NCBI RefSeq assembly: GCF_044704955.1
Contig: NC_091993.1
Span: forward strand, 35,216,001-35,280,000
DNA length: 64,000 nucleotides
Source: Pristiophorus japonicus
Lineage: Eukaryota
Reading direction: 5' to 3'
The notes under the pieces were generated by a model. It was not told the origin of the DNA. It did not search any database and saw nothing but the letters and a program-made list of their open reading frames with translations. How positions within the stretch are numbered: position 1 is the stretch's first letter; each line of letters starts with the position of its first letter. A program made the translations under genes and the position numbers. Shown here one piece after another: positions 60,480 to 64,000 of this stretch.

Positions 60480-61258
60480 ATATGGGCAGTCACACGGCAG
60501 ATGCAACTTAACGCAGAGAATTGTGAAATTATATATTTTGGTCGGAAAAATGAGACAATATAAACTAAATGGGGCCATTTTAAAGGGGTTGCAGGAACAG
60601 AGAGACCTGGGCGGGGGTATGGATGCAAATCTTTGAAGGTGGCGGGACAGGTTGAGAAGGCAGTTTACAAAAGCATATGAGATCATTGACTTTATTAATA
60701 GAGGCATAGAGTACAAAAGCACATTAGGCCCTAGCTGGAGTATTGTGTTCAATTCTGGGCACCTCACTTTGGGAAGGATGTTAAGGCCTTGGAGAGGGTG
60801 CAGAGGGGATTGACTAGAACGGTGCCAGGGATGAGGGACTTCAGTTATGTGGAAAACTGGAGAAGCTGGGATTGTTCTCCTTTGAGCAGAGAAGGTTAAG
60901 GGGAGATTTAATAGACGTGTTCAAAATCATGATGTGAGTAAATAGGAAGAAGCTGTTTCCATGGGCAGAAGGGTTGGTAACCAGGGGACACAGATTTAAG
61001 GTGATTGACAAAAGAACCAGAGGCAACATGAGGGATTTTTTTTTTTACAGCGAGTTGTTGTTATCGGGAACACACTGCCTGAAAGGGCGGTGGGAGCAGA
61101 TTCAACAGTAAATGGATAAATACTTGCAAAGGAAACATTTGCCGGGCTGTGGGGAAAGAGTAGGGGGAGTGGGACTGATTGGATCGCTCGGTTACAGAGC
61201 TGGCATAGGCACGATGGGCCGAATGGCCACCTCCTGTGCTGTATCATTCTATGATTCT
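60480..61258 (+). mobile_element. Older CR1 3' fragment
   Basis: Degenerate ctggagtattgtgttcaattctgg, agaaggttaaggggagattta; tail attctatgattcta. Confidence 0.8.
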
Positions 61259-61669
61259 AAATTTAACTTGCAATAAACTTAGTTATCTTGAGCTGATACT
61301 CCCGTCCGTATCATTATATGAGGCAAGGATAATCAGCGCTGCTCGATACTGGCCATCAGCTATCAGTCTCGTGATTCAGCTTTTATTTTGTATTGTGTTC
61401 CTGATTCGATGAGCAGTGCAGTCTGTCAGTGATATACTGTGTCTGCAAAGCCCTGACACTTTCCCCAATTACTGGGAAGTTTGTGAAAGTTCTTTAACCC
61501 ATAGTGGTGAGGCAGTGCGCATAACTGCAATAAAATGCATACTTTATATTTCAAAGGGGGAAATCAATAGTAATTATCAGTTATGCGGTCTGACTCTTGT
61601 GCTGGTGGACATTAAACTGTTCCCTGCATCTTTTGTCGTCTTGTTAACATTGAGAGCGGCGAGAGACTG

Positions 61670-61990
61670 TAGAGGGACGTGATCGGGGCCCAGAAGAGGC
61701 GAGGGCCCAGGGGCAGCACGGACCAGCCCACACTGCGATATGTGTGCACTAGGTCCGTGCAGCAGAGCAGGTCTCCAGTCGTCCTGGTTAACCCTTGCCA
61801 CTGCACCAAGACCTCGCTCTGTCAAGTCCGTGTGGTGGCTGGTGTGCAATGGCCACCACACGTTAAAAAATCCACGCACAGGTATCTTCCACCCTTCAAC
61901 ATGTAGTTCGGGATCTGGAATATTAGGTCCCTCATTGAAACACCTGTGAAAGTCCTTTTTGGTGGAAGCAAGTCATCTTCGATACGAGAA
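61670..61990 (+). mobile_element. Probable non-autonomous RTE derivative
   Basis: Non-coding body ending ggaagcaagtcatcttcgatacgag, similar to the RTE 3' end ggaagcaagtcttcctcgattccgag at about 56466. Confidence 0.55.
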
Positions 61991-62350
61991 ATATTGATGA
62001 CACACCGATAAATGCTCCCAGTTTTAATTATTTTTCTGTCGGCTTGACATATTCCGAAAGGTTATTTGATTTGATTCCTTCTCGCTCTCCCTTTCTCCCC
62101 CCCCCCCCCCCCCCCCCCTCAGGCTGAACCTTCATCTTAACGTGCACCTGTCCTTTTGGTGATGTCCCACAGTGGGGCCTAGGGGTGTTTCTCAATCAGT
62201 GTGAAGGGCACTTTCCCTGACTGGCACCAGGACGTCCTGTGTAAAGTTTCTCTCGACGGGGGATTGTGTTTGCGAGCGAGCAGTTACTGGCCTGTGTGGG
62301 TCAGACATGTTTCCGTGAACTGTGGCTGATTGTTTTATCTGTTCCTTCAG

Positions 62351-62422
62351 GTGTTTGTGGAAACATTGGACAAGTGTTTTGAGAATGTGTGTGAGCTGGA
62401 TCTCATATTCCACGTGGATAAG
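62351..62422 (+). CDS. AP3S2: AP3S2 exon 4 VFVETLDKCFENVCELDLIFHVDK
   Basis: ttccttcag acceptor, AAG|gtacgt donor; 72 nt; FENVCELDLIF motif. The gene continues past the window. Confidence 0.96.
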
Positions 62423-62511
62423 GTACGTTTGCATCTGCTGCTGTTCAGCTTGCATTGCATCAAATTGTTTAACTGCTTTGAAATCAAATTTTATTTGTGC
62501 TGTCGGCTGAA

Positions 62512-63018
62512 TGATATATAAGGTCGACGCTTAGCCCTATACCCCTCTGAGTGAAATACACAGTCGACGCCCGACTAGTAGAGATGACAGACTTCGATTG
62601 GAGGTTCAAAACGGTCTTTATTCACAGGCCTGGGGAGAACCTTCTGAGACCGCTCTCAGATCCAACTCCACCGAGATGTTAGCAAATTTCATATTTATAC
62701 ATTTAATCATCCTTTATTTTTGCCAGGTGGCTTCGTCCGATAGCATGTTTCCTTAAGATAACGGTTCCTGTTTCTGCAATGCGAGCAGAACCTTGTTACT
62801 TTTGTAAAGTAAACATATCGTGCTTAATTTTAACAGACTAGGCGTAGGCCGTTTTGCTATTTACACAATGCATCTTTCACCGTTTAACTGTGCAGACTGG
62901 TGCCTTGCACAAACAAGTCCTTAAGTCCTCTGAATTCGCTCCCTCTTGTTCCGTTTCACCAAGCACACTGGTCATATACTACAGCTCAACACATTTATAC
63001 ATAAATTTAAGCGCTACA
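62512..63018 (-). mobile_element. Solo LTR (507 bp) with 4-bp TSD
   Basis: TG...CA termini; TGAA at 62508-62511 and 63019-63022; minus-strand TATAAA (62699-62694) upstream of AATAAA (62622-62617). Confidence 0.7.
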
Positions 63019-63074
63019 TGAATTGGGTTATTTCAATTTGACAATCCAATTTCCTGTACAGTTTAACAAAGGTC

Positions 63075-64000
63075 AATGTAATTTACCAAAATTCCCTGGA
63101 TTCTGGGGAGGTGCCAGCAGATTGGAAAACTGTAAATGTAACGTCCCTGTTTTTAAAAAAAAAAAGGAGGCAGACAAAAAGCAGGAAACTATAGACCAAT
63201 TAGCCTAACATCTGTGGTTGGGAAAATGTTGGAGTCCATTATTAAAGAAGCAGTAGCAGGATATTTGGAAAAGCAAAATTCAGTCAGGCAGAGTCAGCAT
63301 GGATTTATGAAGGGGAAGTCATGTTTGACAAATTTGCTGGAGTTCTTTGAGGATGTAACAAACAGGGTGGTTAAAGGGGAACCAGTGGATGTGGTGTATT
63401 TGGACTTCCAGAGGGCATTTGACAAGGTGCCACATAAAGGTTCACGGGGTTCGGGGTAATATATTAGCATGGATAGAGGATTGGCTAACAGAAAACAGAG
63501 AGTCGGGATAAATGGTTCATTCTCTGGTTGGCAACCAGTAACTAGTGGGGTGCTGCAGGGATCAGTGCTGGGACTCCAACTATTTACATAGAAACATAGA
63601 AAATAGGTGCAGGAGTAGGTCATTCGGCCCTTCGAGCCTGCACCCCATTCAATAAGATCATGGCTGATCATTCCTTAAGTACCCCTTTCCTACTTTCTCT
63701 CCATACCCCTTGATCCCTTTAGCCATAAGGGCCATATCTAACTCCCTCTTGAATATATCCAATGAACTGGCACCAACAACTCTCTGCGACAGGGAATTCC
63801 ACAGGTTAAAACTCTCTGAGTGAAGAAGTTTCTCCTCATCTCAGTTCTAAATGACCTGCCCCTTATCCTAAGACTGTGTCCCCTGGTTCTGGACTTCCCC
63901 AACATCGGGAACATTCTTCCCGCATCTAACCTGTCCAGTCCCGTCAGAATCTTATATGTTTCTATGAGATCCCCTCTCATCCTTCTAAACTCCAGTGTAT
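63075..64000. mobile_element. CR1 RT fragment (+, to ~63587) with an antisense CR1 3' end inserted (63588-64000)
   Basis: ORF 63214-63459 RT motifs; minus tail at tagaaacatagaaaatagg and ORF 63738-63980. Confidence 0.88.

Overview
Repeat-dense vertebrate genomic DNA, most likely from a cartilaginous fish (inferred from Deu-domain SacSINE1-like SINEs, abundant CR1 LINEs and Penelope remnants). Hand-splicing of small exons, many missing from the ORF track, gives four recognisable genes. (1) A complete 85-aa C15orf48/NMES1 (COXFA4L3, NDUFA4-family) gene on the minus strand (23338-13311), with a degenerate miR-147-like hairpin just after its stop codon. (2) The last five coding exons of AFG2B/SPATA5L1 (minus, 32238-26788), including a GC-AG intron. 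(3) ARPIN exons 2-6 (plus, 35435-47595). (4) AP3S2 exons 1-4 (plus, 51352-62422). The first exons of AFG2B and ARPIN are absent and would fall at an N-gap/G-rich satellite (32313-33600). A phase-compatible three-exon plus-strand chain (2988-3904) encodes a protein I cannot identify. The rest is CR1, L2, RTE and other LINE fragments, SINEs, a Penelope remnant, a solo LTR with a 4-bp target-site duplication (TSD), and many minisatellites, several amplified from short motifs inside retroelements. Gene calls rest on recalled orthologue sequences plus splice-site and phase checks; no database search was run.
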